Origin: Candidatus Altimarinota bacterium
GTDB lineage: Bacteria > Patescibacteriota > Gracilibacteria > UBA1369 > GCA-2718715
NCBI GenBank assembly: GCA_041242255.1
Contig: JBESAV010000001.1
Location: 832,001 to 896,000, forward strand
DNA: 64,000 nucleotides
Reading direction: 5' to 3'
In this document: in pieces, positions 51,214 through 60,259 of the stretch
How the letters are laid out: the number at the start of each line of letters is the position of its first letter
How positions within the stretch are numbered: position 1 is the stretch's first letter
Position numbers and translations under genes: made by a program
The notes under the pieces: generated by a model
Told to the model about the DNA's origin: nothing
Seen by the model: the letters and a program-made list of their open reading frames with translations, nothing else
The model's database searches: none

Positions 51214-52537
51214 CTTCAATTTTTATATCCCCAAAAAACTTATCAGCTAAATAATTTCTAACCACAACTCTATCATCATAAGGAATTTTCTCATCCCCAA
51301 TCACAATCACCTCTTCACCACCTTTTCCAGCAATCAAAACAGTATCACCAGCTTTAGCCTTACTCAAAGCAAACTCAACCGCCAACTTCCTATCAACAAT
51401 CTTAGCAAAATTCTCCCCCTCTTCTCGATCAACTCCTTTAGCAATATCTTCAATGATCTGCTCTTGATCTTCAAAATAAGGATCATCATTTGTTAACACA
51501 ACAACATCAGCATAATGATCAGCCACCTTACCCATCAAAGGTCTCTTTTTCTTATCACGTCCACCACCAGTAGCACCAAATACAAGTATTAACCGGCCTT
51601 GATTTAAACTTTTAAAAATCTTACAAATATTTTCTAAAGAATACTCAGTATGAGCATAATCAACCACAACATAAAAGTCTTGTCCCATATTCACCGGCTC
51701 AAGTCTACCTGGCACAGGTAAAACTTCCTTAAATGTACTCGCAAGCTCTCGAGGATCCATATTTAAACCCATACCAACCCCCAATGAAGCAAGAACGTTA
51801 AGGACGTTAAATTGCCCTAATAGATTTGTAGAAACCTTAATCTGACCATTAGGGATCTTCACTTCAAACTCTGCTCCATTAGGTTTCAATTCTATCTTCA
51901 AAGCTTTAAGCTCTCCTTTTTCAACACCATAAGTTATCTTCCTATCAGCTTCAAAAGTATTGTAATAATCAAAATATTTATCATCCTGATTTAAAACCAA
52001 AACCTTTGGAATCTTAACTCCATTAATATTTTTTCTTCTCATAGAGAAAATCGAGTCCAAAAAAGCTCCCTTAGCAGCCATATAAGCTTCATGCGAACCA
52101 TGATATTCAATATGATCGGCAGTCAAATTCGTAAAAACACCCACATCAAAATTAATCCCCCAAATTCTAGACTGTACAACCGAATGAGAACTAACTTCCA
52201 TAACAATATATTCACAACCTGCTTTTTTCATATCCTTTAGCATTTTCTGTAACTTAAAAGGAGAGTTTGTAGTCATTTTTTCAGTATTACTCCAAATCTT
52301 ATCACCTATCCCAAACCTCAAAGTTGATATAAGCCCAACCTTTTTCCCAGACCTCCTAAGCATGTCAGCAATCAAATTCACCGTTGTTGTCTTCCCATCA
52401 GTTCCAGTTACACCAATCACAATCATTTTCTTTGAAGAATTTCCATATCTCAAAACAGCCATCACAGCTTTCATCTTATGATAAAAAAGTAGTAAAGGAT
52501 TTTGATGACTAATAAATTTTCGTAAAAATTTTTTCAT
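51206..52537 (-). CDS. murE: UDP-N-acetylmuramoyl-tripeptide synthetase (MurE)
   Basis: GVTGTDGKTTT, MEVSSH, FTNLTADH, VPGRLE, VDYAHT, DDPY.E, AGKG; ATG 52537 preferred. Confidence 0.92.
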   Translation of the reverse strand: MKKFLRKFISHQNPLLLFYHKMKAVMAVLRYGNSSKKMIVIGVTGTDGKTTTVNLIADMLRRSGKKVGLISTLRFGIGDKIWSNTEKMTTNSPFKLQKMLKDMKKAGCEYIVMEVSSHSVVQSRIWGINFDVGVFTNLTADHIEYHGSHEAYMAAKGAFLDSIFSMRRKNINGVKIPKVLVLNQDDKYFDYYNTFEADRKITYGVEKGELKALKIELKPNGAEFEVKIPNGQIKVSTNLLGQFNVLNVLASLGVGMGLNMDPRELASTFKEVLPVPGRLEPVNMGQDFYVVVDYAHTEYSLENICKIFKSLNQGRLILVFGATGGGRDKKKRPLMGKVADHYADVVVLTNDDPYFEDQEQIIEDIAKGVDREEGENFAKIVDRKLAVEFALSKAKAGDTVLIAGKGGEEVIVIGDEKIPYDDRVVVRNYLADKFFGDIKIEDE

Positions 52538-52541
52538 AATT

Positions 52542-53249
52542 CTAAATAAATTTTCTAATTTCATCCCAAGCCAATCCATAACCTTTCACATTCAAATGCA
52601 ATCCATCCGGCTGCTCTTGACCTTTTAGCTTACTCTCAAGATCAACATACTTAACCCCTTCTCGTTTCGCAATCTTTTTCAACTCTCGATTATAATAAAC
52701 AACATCCTCATTATCTATTCTATGGTAATCAACTTCATACAATGAACAAACAACCGGCTTCCCACCTCTTCTCTTAGCTAACTTAATAGACTTCTCTATA
52801 TTTCCCAATGCTTTATCAGCACCATGCCTACCATCAGGTAAATCATTAAAACCAGACATCAAAACAACAGATTTCCCAAACAAATCTCCTTTATATTTTT
52901 TCAAAAAATCTAAAACCAAAGACGAAGAAGCACCAGATTTCACAAATTTCTCAAAAACGCCACCATACTTTTTACTCGCTACAGAGAAACCTACCCCAAT
53001 AGAGTCTCCAAAAATCAACGTATTTTTCTCTTTAGTATTTTTGATTGATTCAGTCCCCTCTTTCGAAACTTCATTTTTCAAATCATCCAAATCTTTTCTA
53101 GTCTTCAAACCAATAAACTCTCTCAGTCTATTAAATAATTTATCCAATCCCTGCTTTGACTTCTCAGAGTCAAACACTTTTTTCAAAAAACCTTCAAACT
53201 TATCAACCCCAACTTCAACAAATTCTTTAAAATTTTCTTTTAATCCCAT
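52542..53249 (-). CDS. SGNH/GDSL hydrolase with N-terminal helical extension
   Basis: FGDSIG, SGAS, SGFND, DGLHLN..GY blocks; ATG 53249 follows TGGTATGAT. Confidence 0.85.
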   Translation of the reverse strand: MGLKENFKEFVEVGVDKFEGFLKKVFDSEKSKQGLDKLFNRLREFIGLKTRKDLDDLKNEVSKEGTESIKNTKEKNTLIFGDSIGVGFSVASKKYGGVFEKFVKSGASSSLVLDFLKKYKGDLFGKSVVLMSGFNDLPDGRHGADKALGNIEKSIKLAKRRGGKPVVCSLYEVDYHRIDNEDVVYYNRELKKIAKREGVKYVDLESKLKGQEQPDGLHLNVKGYGLAWDEIRKFI

Positions 53250-53273
53250 ACTTTTTCTCAATCATACCACAGC

Positions 53274-53311
53274 AAAAAGGAACCCCCAATCCAGAAAAAC
53301 TGAGAGTCCCT
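53274..53311 (-). terminator. possible intrinsic terminator after hpf
   Basis: AGGGACTCTCAGT...ATTGGGGGTTCCT followed by Ts; stem is rich in G-U pairs. Confidence 0.5.
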
Positions 53312-53327
53312 CCAAAATCACACAAAA

Positions 53328-53930
53328 TTATTTCCCACTCAAAACACCAACTTCATGCTCAAGCTCTATCACTCCATACCCTCCACTATTTGGCCTTTTA
53401 TATACCATGTTATATCTATCTGTCGCAGCATTCACAAATAAGAAAAACCCATGCCCAATCATTTCCATATTATCTATAGCCTCTGTTTCAGTCATTGGAA
53501 CAAGATTATTGAAAAGCTTACGCTTTGTCACTCTTCCATCTAATCCATCATCCTCACTCAAAGACTCATTTACAATACTCGCATCAACCTCAAGGTCTCT
53601 AACCGAGTTCTTCCTATGCATTCGGATAAACTTAGCCTTAAATCTCTCAATCTGCCTTTGCAGTTTCTCATGCAAGATATCAACTCCTTCCTCAAATTCT
53701 ATCGACTGAGCCTCAGCCATAAAACTAGCTCCTGGCACAGAAAGCAAAGCTCTCAAACGAAATTTCTCATCCTGCTGAAGTGAATCATTGAACACTACTC
53801 TTAGATCGATATTTAACTGCTCTTCAGTTATTTTCTGAGAGTACTTATGGAGCACCTCCAGTTTCTTCTCAGCAAAATTTGCTTGTTTATCATTCAAAGT
53901 AGTTCCCTCAACGTGTAGATTAAACTTCAT
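53328..53930 (-). CDS. hpf: ribosome hibernation promoting factor (long HPF/RaiA)
   Basis: KKLEVL.KY...KLQRQIERFK plus C-domain PMTETEAIDNMEMIGHGFFLF...VYKR..GGYG. Confidence 0.9.
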   Translation of the reverse strand: MKFNLHVEGTTLNDKQANFAEKKLEVLHKYSQKITEEQLNIDLRVVFNDSLQQDEKFRLRALLSVPGASFMAEAQSIEFEEGVDILHEKLQRQIERFKAKFIRMHRKNSVRDLEVDASIVNESLSEDDGLDGRVTKRKLFNNLVPMTETEAIDNMEMIGHGFFLFVNAATDRYNMVYKRPNSGGYGVIELEHEVGVLSGK

Positions 53931-54015
53931 ACATCCTGATTAAATTCTTCATTCACAATGATAAAATCTAACCAAAAAGATAAAAAGTATCTTTATAAAC
54001 TTAAAAATGATAAAA

Positions 54016-56748
54016 TTATCTGCGTCCAAAAATTCTACCTATTATACCTTTTCGAACAGTTTCTCGTTCTTTGTAAGTAGCTTTTGAGAAAAACTTAGGT
54101 TCCCCACCATCATTTTCAACTATATAAGTATTTTTATTATAGGTAACCTCAGCTTTACCTTCAGTCTCTAAAGTAATATACGAAAGATCATCTATCTCAT
54201 CAACTTTCACGCAAGCACCCGGAAATAATTTAATTTTTGAATTTATCAAACTACCAATTTCTATATGATACTCACTCATACAAACTACCTCATTTTCAAT
54301 ACCATATTCATTTTTAAAGGATAATTTAGAATTAGAAAAAATTGGTGTTCTCAACTCAAAGCGTTTAACAGAATCAGTACCTAAATTAGTTATCAATGCT
54401 CTATGTACTTGACCATCAAAATCACCGATAAAACTACGATCAAATTCAATCCAAGTTGTTCTCAAATCTCCGCCAACTTTAAACTCTAAATCTCCACCGT
54501 CAATTTTCAACTTCTCTACGCGCAGTGAACTAAAACTACACTCCATATCATCACTTGCAACATTTACAACAACATCATACAAAGTCTGACAATTATATAT
54601 CCTCATATGACCTGGTTTTTTTGTATTTAAATTAATAGTTGAATTCTTAAAGCTACCAACATCAAACTGAATGGAATCACTAATATTCATAATAGATCCA
54701 GATGAAATCTCATTAGATTTCAAAATCCCACCAGGTGTATTCAAAATAAAATTTTCACCCACAATTGAATTAACAGACTTCGTACTATATTCCCAATCTA
54801 TGGTATTAATTGATCGATCTTCTCTCTGAAGAGCTCCTCCTACATATCCATACTGAGGTACAATTCTTTCTTCAGACGCTTTATTTACAACCTTTTCTCT
54901 CAAAGTCCCAACCTGATCACCTCCATTCCCAATCATTTTTTCTTGCTCTCTCACTTTTTGCTCTTCAATCTTTTGATCTAGTAAATCCTTCCACTTTACC
55001 AACAAATCAATCAAATCTTGTTGAGATTTAATAATACGCATATGATCCATTAGATCATTTAAAATTTCTTTTTTACACTCTAATCTGATAGAACGGTTTA
55101 AAGCATTTAACTTAGAATCTATTTCATTTTGAAGTAATGCAATTCGAGAGTCTCTAGGAAAATTTTCGCTTACACTTTTGCTATAGATTTCATAACTACT
55201 TAAATCTATATTTATCTGATTTGAAGGCTCTTCTTTCTCTGTAGGGGTAGATTCACCTACTACTTCTTGGTGACTTACCTCTTCTGGAATTTTACTAGAT
55301 TCATTTTTCTTTTTCAGGTCCCCATACAATATACGAGCACATACTAGAAGCCTTTCCTCAAGGTATTCGGTAGTTTTTAAATCAGCAACATGCTTTTTTA
55401 AAAAACTTACAACCATATTTTTATTATCCTCTCTCTCACTCTCTGGGAATTCTTGAAGTACACTATCCATCGTTTGCATAACCTCAAATAAAGGAGTCTT
55501 ATCACTAAAATTATCATAAATACTTCTCTTCAAATCATCATAACTACTTAACCCCACAGTATATTTAGCGAGCATCTGATCACGCACCACAATATTTTCA
55601 ATAGTATTATGTAGCTTATCAGATTGCCCCTCATCATTTTTCTCATGCACCCCATCAACAATCACATAACTCTCTTCAGAACCAGATTCATCATTCTCAC
55701 CTACCGCAACAACAGATCCCTCTAGATAAGTAGATTCAAGATTCGGTTCAACTTCCGACTCAAATGAACCATTTACAGATTCTGAAACTTGATCAGAAAC
55801 TTCTTCTAAAGAATCTTCTTGCTCTACAGGAGACAGTTCATCTTCTTCACTAGCTTCATCATATTCACTTTCCACATCAGATTCTTCAACTAGGTTACTT
55901 CCGTTATGAGCATCATCTTGCACCACTCCTTCAGAAACCTCATTCTTCTCGGAAGAAACAACAGTATCTACTTCATCTATACCCTCATCAGTTTCAATAT
56001 TTTCGTCTTCATTAGCTTTCTTGTATTTTGAGACTAAACTCTGCCCCATCAACATTATCTCCTCGGCATCAAAATCCTTAATCATAACCTCCAACTTATG
56101 CTGACTATCACGATCTAATGACTCATAAAGTTGAACAAATTCCTTCAAAACAGCTACTCCTTTTCTTAGAAAAATCAAATGACCAGATTCATGCATAAAT
56201 CTTCCAAAAGAGTGATTTGAAGTCTCAATATTTATTATTTGTGAACCATACTTAATTAAATAAAAAGATATAGCCTCCTCACTTTCAACAACCTCACATA
56301 CTGGCTTGGTATCTTCCTCATCTGCAAAAGAAACACCCTTAAAACTTACCTCATCCACTACAGTATCCCTTCGATCATCATTCAACTCACTGTCTTCTTC
56401 CTCTTCCTCCTCAAGCTCACCAAATAATACCTCCTGAATACTTACCTTCTTTCCAGTTATAATCTCATAAATCTTGATTTCAGCCACAATAGACTTAAGC
56501 GTATCAATAGCAAAACCAGCCTCCATCATATCCAATACAGCCCCAATCAACTCTACATCTTGAGCATCCAATAAATCCTCATTCACTTCCAAAAATTGTC
56601 TCAAACCAAGTACAATACTAACCACCTCACCTTGATTTAACTCAATAGTCTCACCATTGTTTAGATCATCATCAAGAACCAAAGCTTCAATTTCTCGTGA
56701 AACTATCTCACCCACAAAACTTTCAAAAACGTCTCTTCTATTAGACAT
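54016..56748 (-). CDS. large acidic hypothetical protein with beta-rich C-terminus
   Basis: 910-aa ORF; E/D/S-rich middle; no recognisable family. Confidence 0.75.
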   Translation of the reverse strand: MSNRRDVFESFVGEIVSREIEALVLDDDLNNGETIELNQGEVVSIVLGLRQFLEVNEDLLDAQDVELIGAVLDMMEAGFAIDTLKSIVAEIKIYEIITGKKVSIQEVLFGELEEEEEEDSELNDDRRDTVVDEVSFKGVSFADEEDTKPVCEVVESEEAISFYLIKYGSQIINIETSNHSFGRFMHESGHLIFLRKGVAVLKEFVQLYESLDRDSQHKLEVMIKDFDAEEIMLMGQSLVSKYKKANEDENIETDEGIDEVDTVVSSEKNEVSEGVVQDDAHNGSNLVEESDVESEYDEASEEDELSPVEQEDSLEEVSDQVSESVNGSFESEVEPNLESTYLEGSVVAVGENDESGSEESYVIVDGVHEKNDEGQSDKLHNTIENIVVRDQMLAKYTVGLSSYDDLKRSIYDNFSDKTPLFEVMQTMDSVLQEFPESEREDNKNMVVSFLKKHVADLKTTEYLEERLLVCARILYGDLKKKNESSKIPEEVSHQEVVGESTPTEKEEPSNQINIDLSSYEIYSKSVSENFPRDSRIALLQNEIDSKLNALNRSIRLECKKEILNDLMDHMRIIKSQQDLIDLLVKWKDLLDQKIEEQKVREQEKMIGNGGDQVGTLREKVVNKASEERIVPQYGYVGGALQREDRSINTIDWEYSTKSVNSIVGENFILNTPGGILKSNEISSGSIMNISDSIQFDVGSFKNSTINLNTKKPGHMRIYNCQTLYDVVVNVASDDMECSFSSLRVEKLKIDGGDLEFKVGGDLRTTWIEFDRSFIGDFDGQVHRALITNLGTDSVKRFELRTPIFSNSKLSFKNEYGIENEVVCMSEYHIEIGSLINSKIKLFPGACVKVDEIDDLSYITLETEGKAEVTYNKNTYIVENDGGEPKFFSKATYKERETVRKGIIGRIFGRR

Positions 56749-56774
56749 AACAAATACTATAAATTATTAGCAGA

Positions 56775-56803
56775 AACTTAACGCTAACAACAACTTATGT
56801 CAA
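56775..56803 (-). promoter_or_regulatory. sigma70 promoter TTGACA-N17-TAAGTT
   Basis: TTGACA 1 nt after the asnS TAG; 17-nt spacer. Confidence 0.55.
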
Positions 56804-56804
56804 G

Positions 56805-58103
56805 CTATGGCCTAACCCTGTTCACCATTCTTGGGAAAGGAATACACTCACGAATATGTTTCACTCCAGAAATCCATCGCACCATTCTCTCCAAACCAAA
56901 TCCAAATCCAGAATGAGGAACCGAACCATATTTACGAGCATCCAAGTACCAATCAAAATCTTCCAAGTTCAATCCTTCCTCTTTTATCTTCTCTCTTAAA
57001 GCTTCATAATCCACAGCTCTCTCAGAACCACCAGCTATCTCCCCTCCTCCTTCAGTAGCAATCAAATCACTATTCAAAGCCAACTCAGGATTTTCTGGGT
57101 CAATTTTCATGTAGAAAGGCTTTATCTCTTTTGGCCATTTATGAATAAACACTGGTACATCACTATTTTTAGTCAAAAGACCTTCATCATCATTCCCAAG
57201 ATCCTCTCCATGTTTAATGTCTGAACCATTCTCATGCAGAACCTTAATAGCTTCAGTGTAAGTCAGCCTCTCAAAAGGCTTCTCTACAATTTTCTTCAAA
57301 GGGTCAACATCTCTTTCTAAAATCTCAAACTCTTTCTCACAATGCTTTAAACATTCAGCTACGACATACTTCACAAGCCCTTCTTGGATATCCATATTCT
57401 CATCATGCTCCACAAAGGCAGCCTCCGCGTCCATCATCCAAAACTCAGTCAAATGCCTTCTTGTCACACTCTTCTCAGCTCTAAACACCGGCCCAAAGTC
57501 ATAACATCTACCCACCGAAGCAATCATTGCCTCTAAATACAATTGACCTGACTGAGAAAGATAAGCTTCTCCTTGATCAAAGTAATCAACTGCAAAAAGA
57601 TCAGTTGTACCTTCACACGCATTTGGAGTAAAAATTGGTGAATCAGTTTTTATGAACCCTTCATTATGTAGGTACTCATGCATAGCCATCATAATTCTAT
57701 CTCTCAATCTCAAAACAGCCCACTGCGACTGAGAACGAACCCACAAATGCCTCTGACTTAAAAGAAAATCAGGACCATGCTCTTTCTTACCAATCGGAAA
57801 CTCATCCGACTCCCCCACTATCTCCATATCTCTAACTTGAAGCTCAAATACTCCAGGCTTTTTCGGATGCTCCGACACCTCACCACTCACAGTCAAAGAA
57901 CACTCTAGAGAAATCCCTTCTGACTTATCCCAAACTTCTACTTCCACCTCATCTTGCACTAGCACAGCCTGCACAAAACCAGAACCATCCCTTAATTGTA
58001 AAAACTTCAAACTCCCAGAAGATCGATAATTATATAGCCATCCTCTAACAGTTACTTTTTCTCCTACATTACTCTTTAGTTCAGAAATTCTTACAACTTT
58101 CAT
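56805..58103 (-). CDS. asnS: asparagine--tRNA ligase
   Basis: OB-fold LRDGSG, YLSQSGQLYLE, FRAEKSVTRRHLTEFWM, YGSVPHSGFGFGLER. Confidence 0.96.
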   Translation of the reverse strand: MKVVRISELKSNVGEKVTVRGWLYNYRSSGSLKFLQLRDGSGFVQAVLVQDEVEVEVWDKSEGISLECSLTVSGEVSEHPKKPGVFELQVRDMEIVGESDEFPIGKKEHGPDFLLSQRHLWVRSQSQWAVLRLRDRIMMAMHEYLHNEGFIKTDSPIFTPNACEGTTDLFAVDYFDQGEAYLSQSGQLYLEAMIASVGRCYDFGPVFRAEKSVTRRHLTEFWMMDAEAAFVEHDENMDIQEGLVKYVVAECLKHCEKEFEILERDVDPLKKIVEKPFERLTYTEAIKVLHENGSDIKHGEDLGNDDEGLLTKNSDVPVFIHKWPKEIKPFYMKIDPENPELALNSDLIATEGGGEIAGGSERAVDYEALREKIKEEGLNLEDFDWYLDARKYGSVPHSGFGFGLERMVRWISGVKHIRECIPFPRMVNRVRP

Positions 58104-58164
58104 TTCCCAAAATTAATTTTACTAGAAACAAGCTACCAAAACTCTAATCACTAGTAAACATCAG

Positions 58165-58782
58165 CTATTCAACCAAACTCAAATCTCCAACATCCTCAAT
58201 CAAACTTAACCCACCCCGTAAATTTTTTCTTTTATATATATCAACTATAGAATGTTCCTCAAAATCATAATAAACAACACTTTCCAAACTTGTTACATTT
58301 ACAAAAGCACGATCTACAAACTTCTGAAAGTAGCTAGCTCCTATATTACAAAATTCACCACCAAAAATATTTATATCCTGCTCACACACACTCCAACTAA
58401 AATCACAATTATGCCCCTCCCTTCCACAAACTATCATCTTCAAATTTTCAAAATCACCTAAAGCCTCATGTAACCCATCATAATTAAAACTCTTTTCTAA
58501 ATCATGCCTATTTGGCAAAAATAATCTCTCCACCAAGCTAACATCTAACATCTTTAAAACTGCAACTAAGTAATGCTGATACAAACCATACAACCACAAT
58601 TCCTTCAATGGAGCTTCTAGTTTTCTTCTGCCATAATACTTCCCAGCAAACTCCTCCAAAAAAGTTGGCCTCAAAGTAAGGTTAAACGCTAACCTCAAAT
58701 CTTCAACATCCTCATCGATACTAGAAATATTTTTTCCAAATTCAGCCACTGACTTTAAATCCTCCAAACAAAATCTTTTCAT
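58165..58782 (-). CDS. hypothetical (orphan) protein
   Basis: 205-aa ORF; the true start may be 58849 through a frameshift (see findings). Confidence 0.65.
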   Translation of the reverse strand: MKRFCLEDLKSVAEFGKNISSIDEDVEDLRLAFNLTLRPTFLEEFAGKYYGRRKLEAPLKELWLYGLYQHYLVAVLKMLDVSLVERLFLPNRHDLEKSFNYDGLHEALGDFENLKMIVCGREGHNCDFSWSVCEQDINIFGGEFCNIGASYFQKFVDRAFVNVTSLESVVYYDFEEHSIVDIYKRKNLRGGLSLIEDVGDLSLVE

Positions 58783-58783
58783 A

Positions 58784-58849
58784 CTATCTCTTCTTCCTTC
58801 TTCTTCTTTTTTTCAAACCACCTTGTTTCAAAACAGAATTACTTTTCAT
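58784..58849 (-). CDS. 21-aa basic upstream ORF, or frameshifted N-terminus of the next gene
   Basis: MKSNSVLKQGGLKKRRRRKKR*; first ATG after the promoter; stop lies 1 nt before the next ATG. Confidence 0.35.
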   Translation of the reverse strand: MKSNSVLKQGGLKKRRRRKKR

Positions 58850-58870
58850 ATTCAATAATTACAAGGAGAC

Positions 58871-58899
58871 AAACTAGTTTTAAACGATCCACATGTCAA
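58871..58899 (-). promoter_or_regulatory. sigma70 promoter TTGACA-N17-TAGTTT
   Basis: TTGACA 1 nt after the sanA TAG; 17-nt spacer. Confidence 0.55.
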
Positions 58900-58900
58900 A

Positions 58901-59533
58901 CTACACCTCAATCTCATCACCAAGAAACTTAGGCTCAGTATCATTTATAAACAAGTCCCATACCAAATAAACTCTAGCAAAAACCTCCCGCACAAAAACC
59001 CGAGGAGCCATCTCAAAACCAGGTGAATCAGCATTATATCCATATGCATCAATACCAATATTCCGAGCTATAAAAATAGCTCTTTCTGTATGAAATTTCT
59101 GCGAAACCACAATCATCTCTTCAACCCCAAAAACCTCAGCCGCCCTCACTACGGAGTCCAAAGTTCGAAACCCTGCATAATCCAAAACCAAATCCTCTTC
59201 AGGTATACCAGCTTCTATAAAAGCTTCCTTCATCATTTCTGGCTCGTTATACTCTAAGGTAGAATTATCTCCACTCAGCAAAAGCTTTTCAACTTTTCCA
59301 TTCTCATAAAGCTCAACTCCAGCATCAATCCTTCTCAAAAAGAAGATATTTGGACGACCATCGCTAACTCTATTACTCGTACCAAGCACTAAACCAACTC
59401 TAACCTCAGGCAGATCATCGATACTATCATATACATCATTTTCAGCATATTTCGACACATACCAATTCACTCCAAGCAAAAAAAGCGATATCAAAATAAT
59501 TACCACTCCAAATCTATAAAACCATTTAAACAT
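58901..59533 (-). CDS. sanA: SanA/ElyC (DUF218) family protein
   Basis: N-terminal TM, GLVLGT, LLSGDN...YNEP, DYAGFRTLDSVVRA, SQKFHTERA, REVFAR. Confidence 0.9.
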   Translation of the reverse strand: MFKWFYRFGVVIILISLFLLGVNWYVSKYAENDVYDSIDDLPEVRVGLVLGTSNRVSDGRPNIFFLRRIDAGVELYENGKVEKLLLSGDNSTLEYNEPEMMKEAFIEAGIPEEDLVLDYAGFRTLDSVVRAAEVFGVEEMIVVSQKFHTERAIFIARNIGIDAYGYNADSPGFEMAPRVFVREVFARVYLVWDLFINDTEPKFLGDEIEV

Positions 59534-60200
59534 TCTTTTGAATAACTTCTAAAAAGTCACTTACCACTTTACCAGGTTCTTCAGATTTTACTATCCCTGA
59601 AGCAACCAAAACCCCATACGCACCTAACTCTAGACATACCCTTACATCCTCTGCAGTCTTAATACCCGCCCCAACCATAACCGGACACTCAATCTCCCTC
59701 ACAATCTTTTCGATCAAATCAGGACTTGCTGTAGCAACAGAAACATCCCCTCCGATTAACTCAGGTGGCTCATAGGCTATGATGTCTGGCTTCATATCAG
59801 CTACAACTCTAGCCTCTTCCAAACTCTCCACGCACACAATCGATATAATTCCCATCTCCCTAAAAGACTCAATCTCTTTCACAATAGTATACAAACCAAC
59901 TCGATCCTCAGAATGATTTATCAAACTTCCAGCAACTCCCATCTCAACTAAATACTCTGGGTTGACCTTTCCGGTATACGAACCATACCCAATCGGATCC
60001 ACATGCTGAGCATAAACAGAAACTCCCTTAGCCTCTCTCAAAGCATCTTTCATATCCAAAACATTCACACACAGCCCTACTTCTAAACCTAAACCATCAT
60101 TTTTTTCAGAAATAATCCTCATCAAATCAATCCCAGCTTGCCCAGAGGCCTGACTATAATTTTTAAAATTAACCACCAATCTAGGCAAAGCTCTGTCCAT
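59526..60200 (-). CDS. tpiA: triosephosphate isomerase, archaeal-type short form
   Basis: 224 aa; VNFKNY, AQHVDP, GSYTG, LINHSE, AYEPPELIGG, GAGIKT, GVLVASG. Confidence 0.93.
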   Translation of the reverse strand: MDRALPRLVVNFKNYSQASGQAGIDLMRIISEKNDGLGLEVGLCVNVLDMKDALREAKGVSVYAQHVDPIGYGSYTGKVNPEYLVEMGVAGSLINHSEDRVGLYTIVKEIESFREMGIISIVCVESLEEARVVADMKPDIIAYEPPELIGGDVSVATASPDLIEKIVREIECPVMVGAGIKTAEDVRVCLELGAYGVLVASGIVKSEEPGKVVSDFLEVIQKNV

Positions 60201-60222
60201 GTTTGTCTCTTAATTATTTTCA

Positions 60223-60231
60223 TGTTATAAT
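60223..60231 (+). promoter_or_regulatory. extended -10 promoter TGTTATAAT for the giant ORF
   Basis: Perfect TGnTATAAT 28 nt upstream of ATG 60260. Confidence 0.6.
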
Positions 60232-60259
60232 ATTAAGATTTCAAAGTAAACAAGTCACC

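Noticed and set aside
53041-53709. 222-aa ORF on the + strand
   Set aside because: Antisense shadow of hpf and the SGNH gene; Ser/Phe-rich with no motif.
498-60200. Full genetic code 25 (UGA=Gly) as in Gracilibacteria
   Set aside because: All conserved genes are full length under the standard code with no in-frame TGA; only the weaker claim of TGA avoidance is kept.
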